64,000 nucleotides of DNA. It comes from a virus. How positions within the stretch are numbered: the stretch's first letter is position 1; every line of letters begins with the position of its first letter. The translations under genes were made by a program, and so were the position numbers. The stretch lies in UHGV virus genome UHGV-0236300; one strand, given 5' to 3'. This document shows, in pieces, positions 18,690 through 26,601 of this stretch. The notes beneath the pieces were generated by a model. It saw nothing but the letters and a program-made list of their open reading frames with translations, ran no database searches and was not told the DNA's origin.

Positions 18690-19137
18690 TACTGTAGAGG
18701 GAGATTTAATCTCCCTTTTTAAGAGCGGTGCTGGTCACCTGATCCACGGTTGTAACTGCTTCCACACAATGGGTAAGGGTGTAGCAAAACAGATTGCCCG
18801 TGAGTTCCCTCAAGCATTGGAAGCTGATAAAATGACTATGCACGGTTGCCTAAGTAAACTGGGCGCGTTCTCCCGCTGGGAGCACTTATCTCCGAGAGGT
18901 ATTGTCTACGGAATAAATCTGTATACTCAGTTCTACCCAGGGCCTAATGCTGAATATTTCTCAATACTGAAAGGATTTGAGCGAGTCAATGAAGTATTTG
19001 AGGGGTCGATTTTACCATTCTACATCCCTAAGATCGGGTGCGGCATAGGCGGTTTGAAGTGGGAACATGTAGAGGACATTATTAACCTTGCCACTTTTGA
19101 TATAGATATTATCGTGGTGGAGTACAAAGAGTGTTGA
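18679..19137 (+). CDS. macrodomain protein, TARG1/OARD1/DarG-like (putative ADP-ribose hydrolase)
   Basis: HGCNCFHTMGKGVAKQIAREF and IPKIGCGIGGLKWEHVEDII...IIVVEY closely parallel TARG1 H-CISEDCRMGAGIA and MPRIGCGLDRLQWENV motifs; start uncertain (GTG 18679 or upstream ATG 18598). Confidence 0.65.
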   Translation: MIIDTVEGDLISLFKSGAGHLIHGCNCFHTMGKGVAKQIAREFPQALEADKMTMHGCLSKLGAFSRWEHLSPRGIVYGINLYTQFYPGPNAEYFSILKGFERVNEVFEGSILPFYIPKIGCGIGGLKWEHVEDIINLATFDIDIIVVEYKEC

Positions 19138-19162
19138 CAGCTATATTTTAAGGTGGTATAGT
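19134..19162 (+). promoter_or_regulatory. sigma70 promoter (TTGACA-N17-TATAGT)
   Basis: Consensus -35 and near-consensus -10, upstream of gene 19192. Confidence 0.5.
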
Positions 19163-19191
19163 CACCACAACGATTAAGACAGGGGAGCACT

Positions 19192-19386
19192 ATGGAGACT
19201 AAAATCTTAATTCTAGCTGTGATAGATACAACAGAAGGAGCCATGTTTGAATCTGCAGGAGGGTATTTCTACCTGCCCTACGGAAAAAGAACTTCCGAGC
19301 CGAGTAAAGATTCAATCCTCAAAGTGTTCCCGTGTGCTTTCTGGCTGGAGATTCTGGTAGAAGATTGCAGAGGCTTGGGGAGATAA
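19192..19386 (+). CDS. hypothetical protein
   Basis: ORF with SD AGGGGAG upstream. Confidence 0.45.
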   Translation: METKILILAVIDTTEGAMFESAGGYFYLPYGKRTSEPSKDSILKVFPCAFWLEILVEDCRGLGR

Positions 19387-19388
19387 TT

Positions 19389-19583
19389 ATGAGAAACAAG
19401 AAAGAGCTTTACTCTGGCGAGTGGATAAACGATCAACAGGTAGGAGAGGTAACCTGCTTCCGTTGCTTTACTCGGTACAATCTTAAAACTGCACCAAAAA
19501 GTGTTCCAAAGACTGACGGTTATTACATAAAAGAACCTCATTGCCCGAAGTGTAAATGCCGAGTATACTGGAGTAACCTGTAA
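19389..19583 (+). CDS. small zinc-ribbon protein
   Basis: Track ORF 19332..19583; ATG 19389 after SD GGGGAG; CxxC...CxxC pattern (CFRC, CPKCKC). Confidence 0.5.
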   Translation: MRNKKELYSGEWINDQQVGEVTCFRCFTRYNLKTAPKSVPKTDGYYIKEPHCPKCKCRVYWSNL

Positions 19584-19587
19584 AAGG

Positions 19588-19615
19588 TTGACATCTGAAA
19601 ACTGCGGTATATAAT
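19588..19615 (+). promoter_or_regulatory. sigma70 promoter (TTGACA-N16-TATAAT)
   Basis: Consensus hexamers upstream of gene 19647. Confidence 0.55.
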
Positions 19616-19646
19616 ATAAACATAAACTAGCAGAGAGGGATAAATT

Positions 19647-19838
19647 ATGGTAATTTTTAATCGAGACGGTATCATAGTTAGACAGCACCCATTCCTTGAA
19701 TACTATCAGGTTGAGCAATGGTGTTACGGTGATTGCAGTCATTCCTATGGGCAAAGTTGGGGATATCGCACAGTTTTTGAATCAACAGATCTTGATAAAG
19801 TAAAACAGAAAGTCTTAGAACTTCTTAACAACAAGTGA
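19647..19838 (+). CDS. hypothetical protein
   Basis: ORF with SD AGAGAGGGA upstream. Confidence 0.5.
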   Translation: MVIFNRDGIIVRQHPFLEYYQVEQWCYGDCSHSYGQSWGYRTVFESTDLDKVKQKVLELLNNK

Positions 19839-19848
19839 GTATTATACT

Positions 19849-20181
19849 ATGGTAACATTAGAAAGACGTAAAGCTATCGCCGCCACACTGGCAGACATCT
19901 TTTGGGATTGCAATTTAAAAGATACCCGATATTGCGGCGCATCTGTAGATGTATTATTCCCACGGCCCACCATTGTTGCAATGGGTAGCCTGCTGGGTGT
20001 AGTTGCAGGTGCATGGGATAAGGAAGGTGGTTTCTATATCTGGCAGCCTGACTACGGGACCTGGAAAGAAGTAAGGGGTGCTGATGACTTTGGGCCTGCA
20101 GTTGCTAAGATGGATGGCTGGGAAATTTATGTTGGAAACGACATGAAGCTGAAAGGTGAGATTGTTTACTGGTTACCTTAA
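19849..20181 (+). CDS. hypothetical protein
   Basis: ORF; no motif. Confidence 0.55.
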   Translation: MVTLERRKAIAATLADIFWDCNLKDTRYCGASVDVLFPRPTIVAMGSLLGVVAGAWDKEGGFYIWQPDYGTWKEVRGADDFGPAVAKMDGWEIYVGNDMKLKGEIVYWLP

Positions 20182-20201
20182 TAAAACGCAGGAGATAAAG
20201 T

Positions 20202-20447
20202 ATGAACAAAGGGTGGACATTTGTAGACGGCGTTAAAAACATGCCTCTAGGAAAGTATATTGTAGCCATGGCAGATGAGAATGGCAAGGTGGATTTCGGA
20301 GTTTGCGAGATTGTTCTTGCAGGATCTGGTGACTATGCCCACAAAACTGGGATAATTAACGGTCATTTCTACTTTGATTACAACCCTGTTGTGGCGTATA
20401 TGGCTATGCCAGAGTTAGAGCTCCCAAAGGAGGGTGCAGATGTTTAA
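20202..20447 (+). CDS. hypothetical protein
   Basis: ORF with SD GGAGA upstream. Confidence 0.55.
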   Translation: MNKGWTFVDGVKNMPLGKYIVAMADENGKVDFGVCEIVLAGSGDYAHKTGIINGHFYFDYNPVVAYMAMPELELPKEGADV

Positions 20448-20637
20448 GCTTAAATCTGCATGGAACATTGCTGTGGGTGATGAGATCCGCATCCCTGGTG
20501 GGAAGACCGTTATGAAGATATCTCGTATTGAATACGAAGGCGACCGTGTATTCCACATCTTTGCAGAAGATGGTCGGGAAATTTATGTACAAGCGGGCTC
20601 TCACATCTATATCCGTAAGAAAGGGGATGACAAATGA
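20434..20637 (+). CDS. hypothetical protein
   Basis: ORF overlapping its neighbours (coupled). Confidence 0.5.
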   Translation: MQMFKLKSAWNIAVGDEIRIPGGKTVMKISRIEYEGDRVFHIFAEDGREIYVQAGSHIYIRKKGDDK

Positions 20638-20963
20638 CAGAGATCATTATTTCAACTGCAGGGTATGTATTCCTGACAATCATTGCTCTGACCATTTTGG
20701 TGGCGGTATATGGATTTGTTATTCTACCTATTCTTGAGACAATTAGTTTGTGTCGGTGTTGGAGAAAGGCTTACGGTCCACAGCCGTGGAGGGACTGGCC
20801 CCACCTGGTTCGCATAGCGTTCTCTTATGCTTATGATCACGCCAGCAGTGCATGCATAACCGGGTATCACGCTCACAATTGGAACTGGGAGGGGTTGGGT
20901 AGATGGAATGTTATAAAGACCATACCTCTACGTATGCACAAGCCTAAAAACAAAGACAGTTGA
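20634..20963 (+). CDS. putative membrane protein
   Basis: N-terminal hydrophobic segment GYVFLTIIALTILVAVYGFVILPIL. Confidence 0.5.
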   Translation: MTEIIISTAGYVFLTIIALTILVAVYGFVILPILETISLCRCWRKAYGPQPWRDWPHLVRIAFSYAYDHASSACITGYHAHNWNWEGLGRWNVIKTIPLRMHKPKNKDS

Positions 20964-21274
20964 TACTTGAAAATCCCTGGCACATCAAGTATAAGGAGGA
21001 TTTCTAAAATGGACTTCCTCCTTTTGATATTTTACCTGGCCGGATATTTTAAAATTCTTAGAAAATCAGAAAATGGATCGAAAACTAAAATGGATTTTTC
21101 AAGACAGGCGCGATAAGATGTGCTGCTCATTCTATCGTTCGCACCGTACTTTAAGTTACTATTCCAGATTTTCCGCACATACTCTCACCCTTCTACCAGA
21201 ACTTTCCCAGCTTACCTTTGACCCTTTATAACAATAAACCCATTATTCTCAGTAGGTTTTGATACATCTCTCTC

Positions 21275-21440
21275 AGTACTCGATCTGTTTTTCGTTTCAA
21301 AGATTGAATTTTCTGAAAATTTTTCTCGATAAATTTCTTAGTACTCGATCTGTTTTTCGTTTTCTGAATCAGATTTTCTGGAAATCGTTCCGGAGCTCGA
21401 CCTGAAATTTTTGGGGACGAAATCGATTTTTCGTTTTCGG
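21275..21440. repeat. AT-rich tandem repeats (about 65-bp period; core TCGATCTGTTTTTCGTTT)
   Basis: AGTACTCGATCTGTTTTTCGTTT at ~21275 and ~21340, degenerate third copy ~21420; iteron-like. Confidence 0.6.
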
Positions 21441-21554
21441 AAATGGATTTTTAAAATTTGTATATGGAAATACTTAAGGAGGTATTATTTTATATAGAAT
21501 TGTCACGGTAGGTAATTAGCATGCTAACTAAATTTATGAAATGCGAAAAGTTCT

Positions 21555-21780
21555 CATTTAGAATTTTGAATGATAATCATTCTCGTTTGCAGAATAACGG
21601 GCACCCCCGGTGATTGTCTCCCGGCCCCTGTTGCCCCGGCTTGTTATTATAGTATCACACAGGACAAAGAAAGCAAGGATTTTTTGCATAAATTTTTAAA
21701 TGATAATGATAACCGTTCTCATTTTATGCAGCGCCCATCCCCGGTGGTTGTCTCCCCCGTCACCGGTGCCTGCCGTCCTT
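21555..21780. repeat. pair of GC-rich ~90-bp direct repeats in an AT-rich, ORF-poor region
   Basis: AATGATAAT...CCCCGGTGATTGTCTCCCGGCCCC versus AATGATAATGATAA...CCCCGGTGGTTGTCTCCCCCGTCACCGG; ACCTGGCGGGGCC also recurs at ~21800 and ~21862. Confidence 0.55.
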
Positions 21781-21941
21781 TCGATAGGTATATTGTGCCA
21801 CCTGGCGGGGCCGCTGTCAACACTTTTCAAAAAAATTCTAACCTGATGCGCTAACCGTTGCAACCTGGCGGGGCCAGCCTGGCAGGGCTATGCTATAGGG
21901 TAGGCAACAACTGAAGAGGAGGTACAAAAATAAAAGGTAAT

Positions 21942-22103
21942 ATGATCCCTGGAAATGTAGCGATTAATGACGCTGAGGCTATCGCCCTGGTTGAAAAGGC
22001 TATGGCGGGAGCGTTGGAACATAAAGAAGAGTACGAAAAAATGATGGTTAACCTGGCAGGGGCGGCGGCTGGAGAATTCTGCCCAAAAAATAATTCTAAC
22101 TAA
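21942..22103 (+). CDS. small hypothetical protein (53 aa)
   Basis: ORF below the track cut-off (MIPGNVAINDAEAIALVEKAMAG...); weak SD. Confidence 0.3.
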   Translation: MIPGNVAINDAEAIALVEKAMAGALEHKEEYEKMMVNLAGAAAGEFCPKNNSN

Positions 22104-22106
22104 TGG

Positions 22107-22134
22107 TTGACAGCTCGGATAGTTCTGTTATTCT
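22107..22134 (+). promoter_or_regulatory. candidate sigma70 promoter (TTGACA-N16-TATTCT)
   Basis: Consensus -35 with moderate -10, upstream of gene 22187. Confidence 0.4.
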
Positions 22135-22186
22135 TATCCTCGCAAGGTGAACAACACCACACTAATTAACAGAGAGGATAAAAATC

Positions 22187-22384
22187 ATGAACGCCTACGG
22201 AATTAAAGTACGTCGCAACACTCGCCAGGCCGTCACCGATCAAATGATTTGCCAGGTGGACGTAACCATCAACAACGGGCAAGGCCTTTATAAATTCCGT
22301 CGCGGTCAGAGCTACACCCGGCAACAGCTTAATCGTTGCGCCCTGACAAAAGGCCAGATCAACCACTGGTTTAATAAAAAATAA
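22187..22384 (+). CDS. hypothetical small basic protein
   Basis: ORF with SD GAGAGGA upstream. Confidence 0.55.
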   Translation: MNAYGIKVRRNTRQAVTDQMICQVDVTINNGQGLYKFRRGQSYTRQQLNRCALTKGQINHWFNKK

Positions 22385-22387
22385 GTA

Positions 22388-22416
22388 TTGACATACAGTC
22401 TGACACCAAATACACT
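22388..22416 (+). promoter_or_regulatory. candidate sigma70 promoter (TTGACA-N17-TACACT)
   Basis: Consensus -35, upstream of gene 22449. Confidence 0.45.
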
Positions 22417-22448
22417 AAAAGCACAAAAGACACTAAGAGGATAAAATC

Positions 22449-22847
22449 ATGAAAACCACTACCTTTAATTTTGATAATGCGGACTTTTCTTTTTCTGATG
22501 TCAAGAACTGCCGCCGTGATCGTGGATTTTACAAGGCCTATAATCTGGTGGGCCTGGACGATGACAATAATTTGCACGAAGTAGCTGAGATCCGGTATTA
22601 TGCCGCCGCCAGCGGGAACACTCAATACTGCGTTTTTTGGATTCACGACAACAAGAACAATAAGTACGGTTATACTGGCGGGAAGGCGAGCGGTCACGGT
22701 TACGATAAAGCTAATGCAGCACTTGAGAGCGCATTAAATGCTATGGGGATCACTGCCAACGGCTGGATCTATGAAGAAGAGTTTTTGTCGGCACTTGCTA
22801 ACCACCTGGGCTATAAAAAGCACATTGTAACATGCGCCCACGAATAA
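22449..22847 (+). CDS. hypothetical protein
   Basis: ORF with SD AAGAGGA upstream. Confidence 0.6.
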   Translation: MKTTTFNFDNADFSFSDVKNCRRDRGFYKAYNLVGLDDDNNLHEVAEIRYYAAASGNTQYCVFWIHDNKNNKYGYTGGKASGHGYDKANAALESALNAMGITANGWIYEEEFLSALANHLGYKKHIVTCAHE

Positions 22848-22853
22848 AAATTG

Positions 22854-22881
22854 TTGACACGCTGCAAAATTCAAGTAAACT
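22854..22881 (+). promoter_or_regulatory. candidate sigma70 promoter (TTGACA-N16-TAAACT) followed by a 5'-UTR hairpin
   Basis: Consensus -35; hairpin GGCGGGAA-TGT-TTCCCGCC at ~22892-22910 before gene 22930. Confidence 0.45.
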
Positions 22882-22929
22882 AATCACAAAAGGCGGGAAT
22901 GTTTCCCGCCAACACAAAGGAAAAAGATC

Positions 22930-23334
22930 ATGAATAAGAACGTACGCCGCATCATGAATGAACTGGCAAACGATGAAAAAATTATTGATATGCATTTGGT
23001 GAACATTTGCCGCCGTTGTGTAACATATAACAACCGCGCCGCAAAAGCGCGTGAGATGAACGCAAAAGGCACCTTAAAGCCCTTCCAGGTGGTGGTAAAG
23101 GCCATCAAAGATGTAACTAATACGGCAAACCAGGTACAGGGGAACACCAACGAGAGTACCGATATTGATCCGGCTTACATCATGAAACGGATCCGGACCT
23201 GCAAGAACAAAGAGCAAGTGTATAACGTCATAGACTGGTTGGATTCTATGGGCGACGTGGTGTACAATAGGTTTTCTGCAGCTATCGAGATCCAGCTTGA
23301 CAGGTTGGACGGGAAAGTACTGAAAACTTATTAA
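22930..23334 (+). CDS. hypothetical protein
   Basis: ORF with SD AAGGAAAAAG upstream. Confidence 0.6.
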   Translation: MNKNVRRIMNELANDEKIIDMHLVNICRRCVTYNNRAAKAREMNAKGTLKPFQVVVKAIKDVTNTANQVQGNTNESTDIDPAYIMKRIRTCKNKEQVYNVIDWLDSMGDVVYNRFSAAIEIQLDRLDGKVLKTY

Positions 23335-23382
23335 GTTTATTTTTAGATGGCCTTGACTCCAGGGCCATCAATAAAGTAAACT
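23335..23382. repeat. repeated intergenic element, copy 1 (T-tract + palindrome ATGGCC-TTGACTCCAG-GGCCAT + TAAACT)
   Basis: Near-identical to 23955-24003; embeds a TTGACT-N18-TAAACT promoter-like arrangement. Confidence 0.6.
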
Positions 23383-23414
23383 AGTCTCAACTAAGCGAAA
23401 AAGGGGGCTTTAAG

Positions 23415-23534
23415 ATGAGCACTACACGCCAATACACAAAGGTAACTATTATCGTTTGCGTTGTCGGTTACATCCTGGCGCAAATGTTAATGAGTAGCGC
23501 CAACAGTTTTGCAAAATTTTTCTTAAATTTTTAA
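23415..23534 (+). CDS. small putative membrane protein (39 aa)
   Basis: ORF below the track cut-off; SD AAAGGGGG; hydrophobic core VTIIVCVVGYILAQMLM. Confidence 0.35.
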   Translation: MSTTRQYTKVTIIVCVVGYILAQMLMSSANSFAKFFLNF

Positions 23535-23562
23535 TTGACAAGCTAACCCAAATCAGTATACT
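23535..23562 (+). promoter_or_regulatory. sigma70 promoter (TTGACA-N16-TATACT) followed by a 5'-UTR hairpin
   Basis: Consensus hexamers; CGGGAA-AAC-TTCCC hairpin ~23575-23588; upstream of gene 23614. Confidence 0.55.
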
Positions 23563-23613
23563 TAAGCACGTAAACGGGAAAACTTCCCAGAACACACAAA
23601 AGGAGAAAACACC

Positions 23614-23946
23614 ATGACTACTATGACCGCCGCAGAAAAAGCTATTCAGGTTGCCGCACTGAAAAAACAGATCGCAGACCTTGAGAACAAGATCGATAAC
23701 TTTGAAATCGACGAGGACAAGTACGACGAAAACTATGATGAATGGTTAGACGAGGTCTACGGCGAAATCATGATCGGAAACATTTCTTTTCTTCCGTCGC
23801 GTATCCTCAAGGAGCTAGATCCTATCGCTTACCGCTGCGGATTTAGCGACTACATCGACAGCCTGGATATTGAGGACGATGAAGAGTACCAAGAATTGCA
23901 AACAGAGTTGGAAGAAGCAAAAGAAGAGCTTGCAGAACTGGAATAA
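23614..23946 (+). CDS. hypothetical acidic protein
   Basis: ORF with SD AAAGGAGAAAA upstream; highly acidic C-terminal half. Confidence 0.6.
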   Translation: MTTMTAAEKAIQVAALKKQIADLENKIDNFEIDEDKYDENYDEWLDEVYGEIMIGNISFLPSRILKELDPIAYRCGFSDYIDSLDIEDDEEYQELQTELEEAKEELAELE

Positions 23947-23954
23947 AACGAGTA

Positions 23955-24003
23955 AATTTATTTTTAGATGGCCTTGACTCCAGGGCCATCAATAAAGTAA
24001 ACT
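23955..24003. repeat. repeated intergenic element, copy 2
   Basis: Same T-tract + ATGGCC...GGCCAT palindrome + TAAACT as at 23335. Confidence 0.6.
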
Positions 24004-24041
24004 TTACACTGTTAACACTGAACTAATGAGGAGTTAAAACC

Positions 24042-24287
24042 ATGGCAGCACTAATCACCAAATATTATGCGCCTACCAACACCAAAAGCGCCCGTATCAT
24101 GGTAAAAGGCTTCGGACGTAAAAAGGTCTACACCTGGGATTATGCCTTAGATATGGAAGACAACTACACCAACGCAATGACCGATTTTATTAATGATCTG
24201 AATAAACAGATCTTAACCGACTACAAAGTGACCGATATTGCCTACGTCGGGGAAGGCGGGATCTGTTTTGTGGGCATTGTGAAATAG
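24042..24287 (+). CDS. hypothetical protein
   Basis: ORF with SD GAGGAG upstream. Confidence 0.55.
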   Translation: MAALITKYYAPTNTKSARIMVKGFGRKKVYTWDYALDMEDNYTNAMTDFINDLNKQILTDYKVTDIAYVGEGGICFVGIVK

Positions 24288-24337
24288 TTATTTTTTCGGT
24301 GGTCCTGGCTGCAGGGCCATCTATAAAGATAATTTAT
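24288..24337. repeat. repeated intergenic element, copy 3 (degenerate)
   Basis: T-tract + GGTCCTGGCTGCAGGGCCAT + TATAAAG; diverged relative of the elements at 23335 and 23955. Confidence 0.45.
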
Positions 24338-24362
24338 TAACACCATGAAAGGAGAAAGTAAC

Positions 24363-24716
24363 ATGATCAGCGGTGCAAGTTTTATCATTGGCGCTATTGC
24401 TACGGCTTTAATTGTAAACAAGATCCAGGATAAAAAGGAAAGAGGAAGCACCGCCCTTGCAGAATATCCATTTTGGGCATTCAACGATAACGAAGATTAT
24501 ATTATAAAGTATAAAAATAAAGAAGGTGACCAAGTAACACCGCGACCGATCCCGGCTTACAAGATGCAGGAAACACTATACCGCCTGGAGGCGGGGGGCG
24601 CAAAAATTGTGGACTTTTGGGGATACGATCACACAGATCAGGAAGTTATAAAGCGCCGTATCCGGGCTATTCAGGCCAATATTGAAGTTAGCAAGGGGGG
24701 AATATATGAAGATTAA
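24363..24716 (+). CDS. hypothetical protein with N-terminal transmembrane anchor
   Basis: Track ORF 24345..24716; ATG 24363 after SD AAAGGAGAAAG; N-terminal ISGASFIIGAIATALIV. Confidence 0.55.
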   Translation: MISGASFIIGAIATALIVNKIQDKKERGSTALAEYPFWAFNDNEDYIIKYKNKEGDQVTPRPIPAYKMQETLYRLEAGGAKIVDFWGYDHTDQEVIKRRIRAIQANIEVSKGGIYED

Positions 24717-24903
24717 TTTTGAGAAGATTGTAAAGCGATCTCATGATTCCGAAGAGTTGCCGGAACGCCGCCAGCGTAACAATAAACTGAATAAGCCAAA
24801 AAGATTTGGAAAGATCTGGCGAAATCATTATGATCGTAAATTGCCTGGCCTACTTTTGGAACGTGAACGACAGGCAGAACGATACCGCCATAAAGACAAA
24901 TAA
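24706..24903 (+). CDS. hypothetical small basic protein
   Basis: Track ORF 24682..24903; ATG 24706 after a G-rich SD; Arg/Lys-rich. Confidence 0.5.
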   Translation: MKINFEKIVKRSHDSEELPERRQRNNKLNKPKRFGKIWRNHYDRKLPGLLLERERQAERYRHKDK

Positions 24904-24910
24904 CAACCAA

Positions 24911-24940
24911 CGCCCCGCCATTGTGCGGGGCTTTTTATTT
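24911..24940 (+). terminator. rho-independent terminator
   Basis: GCCCCGC-CATTGT-GCGGGGC hairpin followed by TTTTTATTT. Confidence 0.7.
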
Positions 24941-25083
24941 CTATTCTACGAATAGCGCCCCTGGTTGGCCCTGTAAGCGCCAAAAAGGCCCCCACCTATG
25001 CAATCGCCCCTTTAACCTGAAAACATCGCCCAGGGCCGTTTTATGGCGTTAAAAATATTATTGGCAGTGATTTTATTTAAAGC

Positions 25084-25111
25084 TTGACATCTTAAACAGG
25101 TTAGCTATACT
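25084..25111 (+). promoter_or_regulatory. sigma70 promoter (TTGACA-N16-TATACT)
   Basis: Consensus hexamers upstream of gene 25144. Confidence 0.55.
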
Positions 25112-25143
25112 AACCACATCAAAGAGAGAAAGGAGTAAACGCC

Positions 25144-25404
25144 ATGCGTAAATTAAAAAATTTTGATAAAGTTGATGTTATCCTGAATAATTTTTACTAC
25201 TGCAACAACAAGGCCATTTGGTGGCGTGATAGTTCCACCGATAAAGTCAAGGCGCGCTTTCTCCAGGGGCACTGGCAAGGCCGTCCAGTGATTAAAATCA
25301 TGGGGCAATTGGTAGCGTTTAAAAATTGCCGCCGTGTTGATGACGTTGAAGAGATTTTAAACATTTTGCGCCACAATAATTTAAAAAATAGTGTTGACAA
25401 GTAA
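25144..25404 (+). CDS. hypothetical protein
   Basis: ORF with SD AAAGGAG upstream. Confidence 0.55.
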   Translation: MRKLKNFDKVDVILNNFYYCNNKAIWWRDSSTDKVKARFLQGHWQGRPVIKIMGQLVAFKNCRRVDDVEEILNILRHNNLKNSVDK

Positions 25405-25421
25405 ATCTCGATAAGTATACT
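25394..25421 (+). promoter_or_regulatory. sigma70 promoter (TTGACA-N16-TATACT) followed by a 5'-UTR hairpin
   Basis: Consensus hexamers; CGGGAA-AAC-TTCCCG hairpin ~25434-25448; upstream of gene 25479. Confidence 0.55.
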
Positions 25422-25478
25422 TAAACACGTAAACGGGAAAACTTCCCGCCACTAACAAAGAAAATAGGAGAAAATATC

Positions 25479-26102
25479 ATGACCACCGTTAACATTACCA
25501 CAGGTTGCAATTTATCTTTCGACGTGCTGACCGACGAACAAAAAGAAAAAGCTATTGAAATGGTCCGCGAAAGAGAAGAACACAGCGGAGAGGATTTTTT
25601 CGCAGAAAGTGTAATTGAATATTATAAAGAACAAGTTTTTCCAGAGTACGGCCTTGAAGATACCGAAGTACATTGGTCCGGCTTTTGGTGCCAGGGTGAC
25701 GGCGCGTCAATCAGTGCTGAAAACGTGGATTTAGAAAAATTCTTGCGTAAAGTAAAGGCCCTGACCAAGTTCCGATCAATTCGTCACTTGTTCGGCACAA
25801 TGCACGATGGCGAGTTATCAGCCAGTATTGAACGCGACAAGTACAGCCATTACAGCCATGAAAACACTGTAAGCGGATACATTGATACCACCTGGCTAGA
25901 TCTGACCGCCAAACAAGAAAACAAAGTGGAAGACCTGGAAGAGCTGATCACCGAGACGGTACGGGAGCTATCCCGCAAGGTTTATGTAGACCTGGAGGAG
26001 TCCTATCTTGAACAGTTTACTACCGAAAACCTGATCGGCCTTATTGAAGCCAATGATTGGCGGTTTGATGTGGATGAATATGGTGAGATGAGTTTTTCAT
26101 AA
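25479..26102 (+). CDS. hypothetical protein
   Basis: ORF with SD AGGAGAAAA upstream; acidic; HWSGFWCQGDGA segment of unknown family. Confidence 0.6.
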   Translation: MTTVNITTGCNLSFDVLTDEQKEKAIEMVREREEHSGEDFFAESVIEYYKEQVFPEYGLEDTEVHWSGFWCQGDGASISAENVDLEKFLRKVKALTKFRSIRHLFGTMHDGELSASIERDKYSHYSHENTVSGYIDTTWLDLTAKQENKVEDLEELITETVRELSRKVYVDLEESYLEQFTTENLIGLIEANDWRFDVDEYGEMSFS

Positions 26103-26110
26103 ATAAAGTG

Positions 26111-26138
26111 TTGCAATAATCTAAAAACCTGCTATATT
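26111..26138 (+). promoter_or_regulatory. candidate sigma70 promoter (TTGCAA-N16-TATATT)
   Basis: Near-consensus hexamers upstream of gene 26158. Confidence 0.4.
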
Positions 26139-26157
26139 TAAAACTCAAGGGGGTGAG

Positions 26158-26457
26158 ATGACTTGCCTCCCACAAAACAAAGAGGAAAACATCATGAAAC
26201 GTCTTGACCAGCTCAAACTAGTTCAGTACATGGCTTACAGAATTCTTGAAGTCCAAAAAGGTAGCAAAAAAGAAGTTTGCGAGAAAGCGTACAAGATCTT
26301 TACTCGCAAAAAAGACGATTGGATGTTACGCCAGACCAAAAAAGCCGATATCTTGGGGTACCTGGAAGAAGAGATCCGGCTTGAAGAACAAGAAGAGATC
26401 CGCCGTAGTGAGGCAGATTATCAGGCAGCTTGGGAAAACTGGATGAGCAACAAATAA
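26158..26457 (+). CDS. hypothetical protein
   Basis: ORF with SD GGGGGTGAG upstream; alternative start at ATG 26194. Confidence 0.55.
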   Translation: MTCLPQNKEENIMKRLDQLKLVQYMAYRILEVQKGSKKEVCEKAYKIFTRKKDDWMLRQTKKADILGYLEEEIRLEEQEEIRRSEADYQAAWENWMSNK

Positions 26458-26523
26458 TACAACAGGTTGCATGGTCAGGGGCGATAAAGCCCCTTGATCA
26501 CATAAAAATTATGCTATCCCTTG

Positions 26524-26552
26524 TTGACAGGGATCGGCAGTTTTGCTATATT
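26524..26552 (+). promoter_or_regulatory. sigma70 promoter (TTGACA-N17-TATATT)
   Basis: Consensus -35 and near-consensus -10 upstream of gene 26602. Confidence 0.5.
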
Positions 26553-26601
26553 CTTTTTTGAAGGGAAGTTGTAAGAAAATTAACTAAGAGGTAAAAACAC
26601 C

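Noticed and set aside
21275-21780. Possible CRISPR array
   Set aside because: Repeat units are AT-rich, unequal in length and spacing, without unique spacers of uniform size and without a palindromic CRISPR-type repeat.
21570-21854. 94-aa ORF across the GC-rich repeat pair
   Set aside because: Runs through two direct repeats with Pro/Gly/Cys-rich composition and no RBS; most likely an artefact of the GC-rich repeats.
23335-24003. Repeated palindromic element as a canonical intrinsic terminator
   Set aside because: The T-tract lies 5' of the hairpin on the plus strand and an A-tract follows it on the minus strand, so neither strand gives a hairpin-then-U-run arrangement; kept as a repeat of uncertain role.
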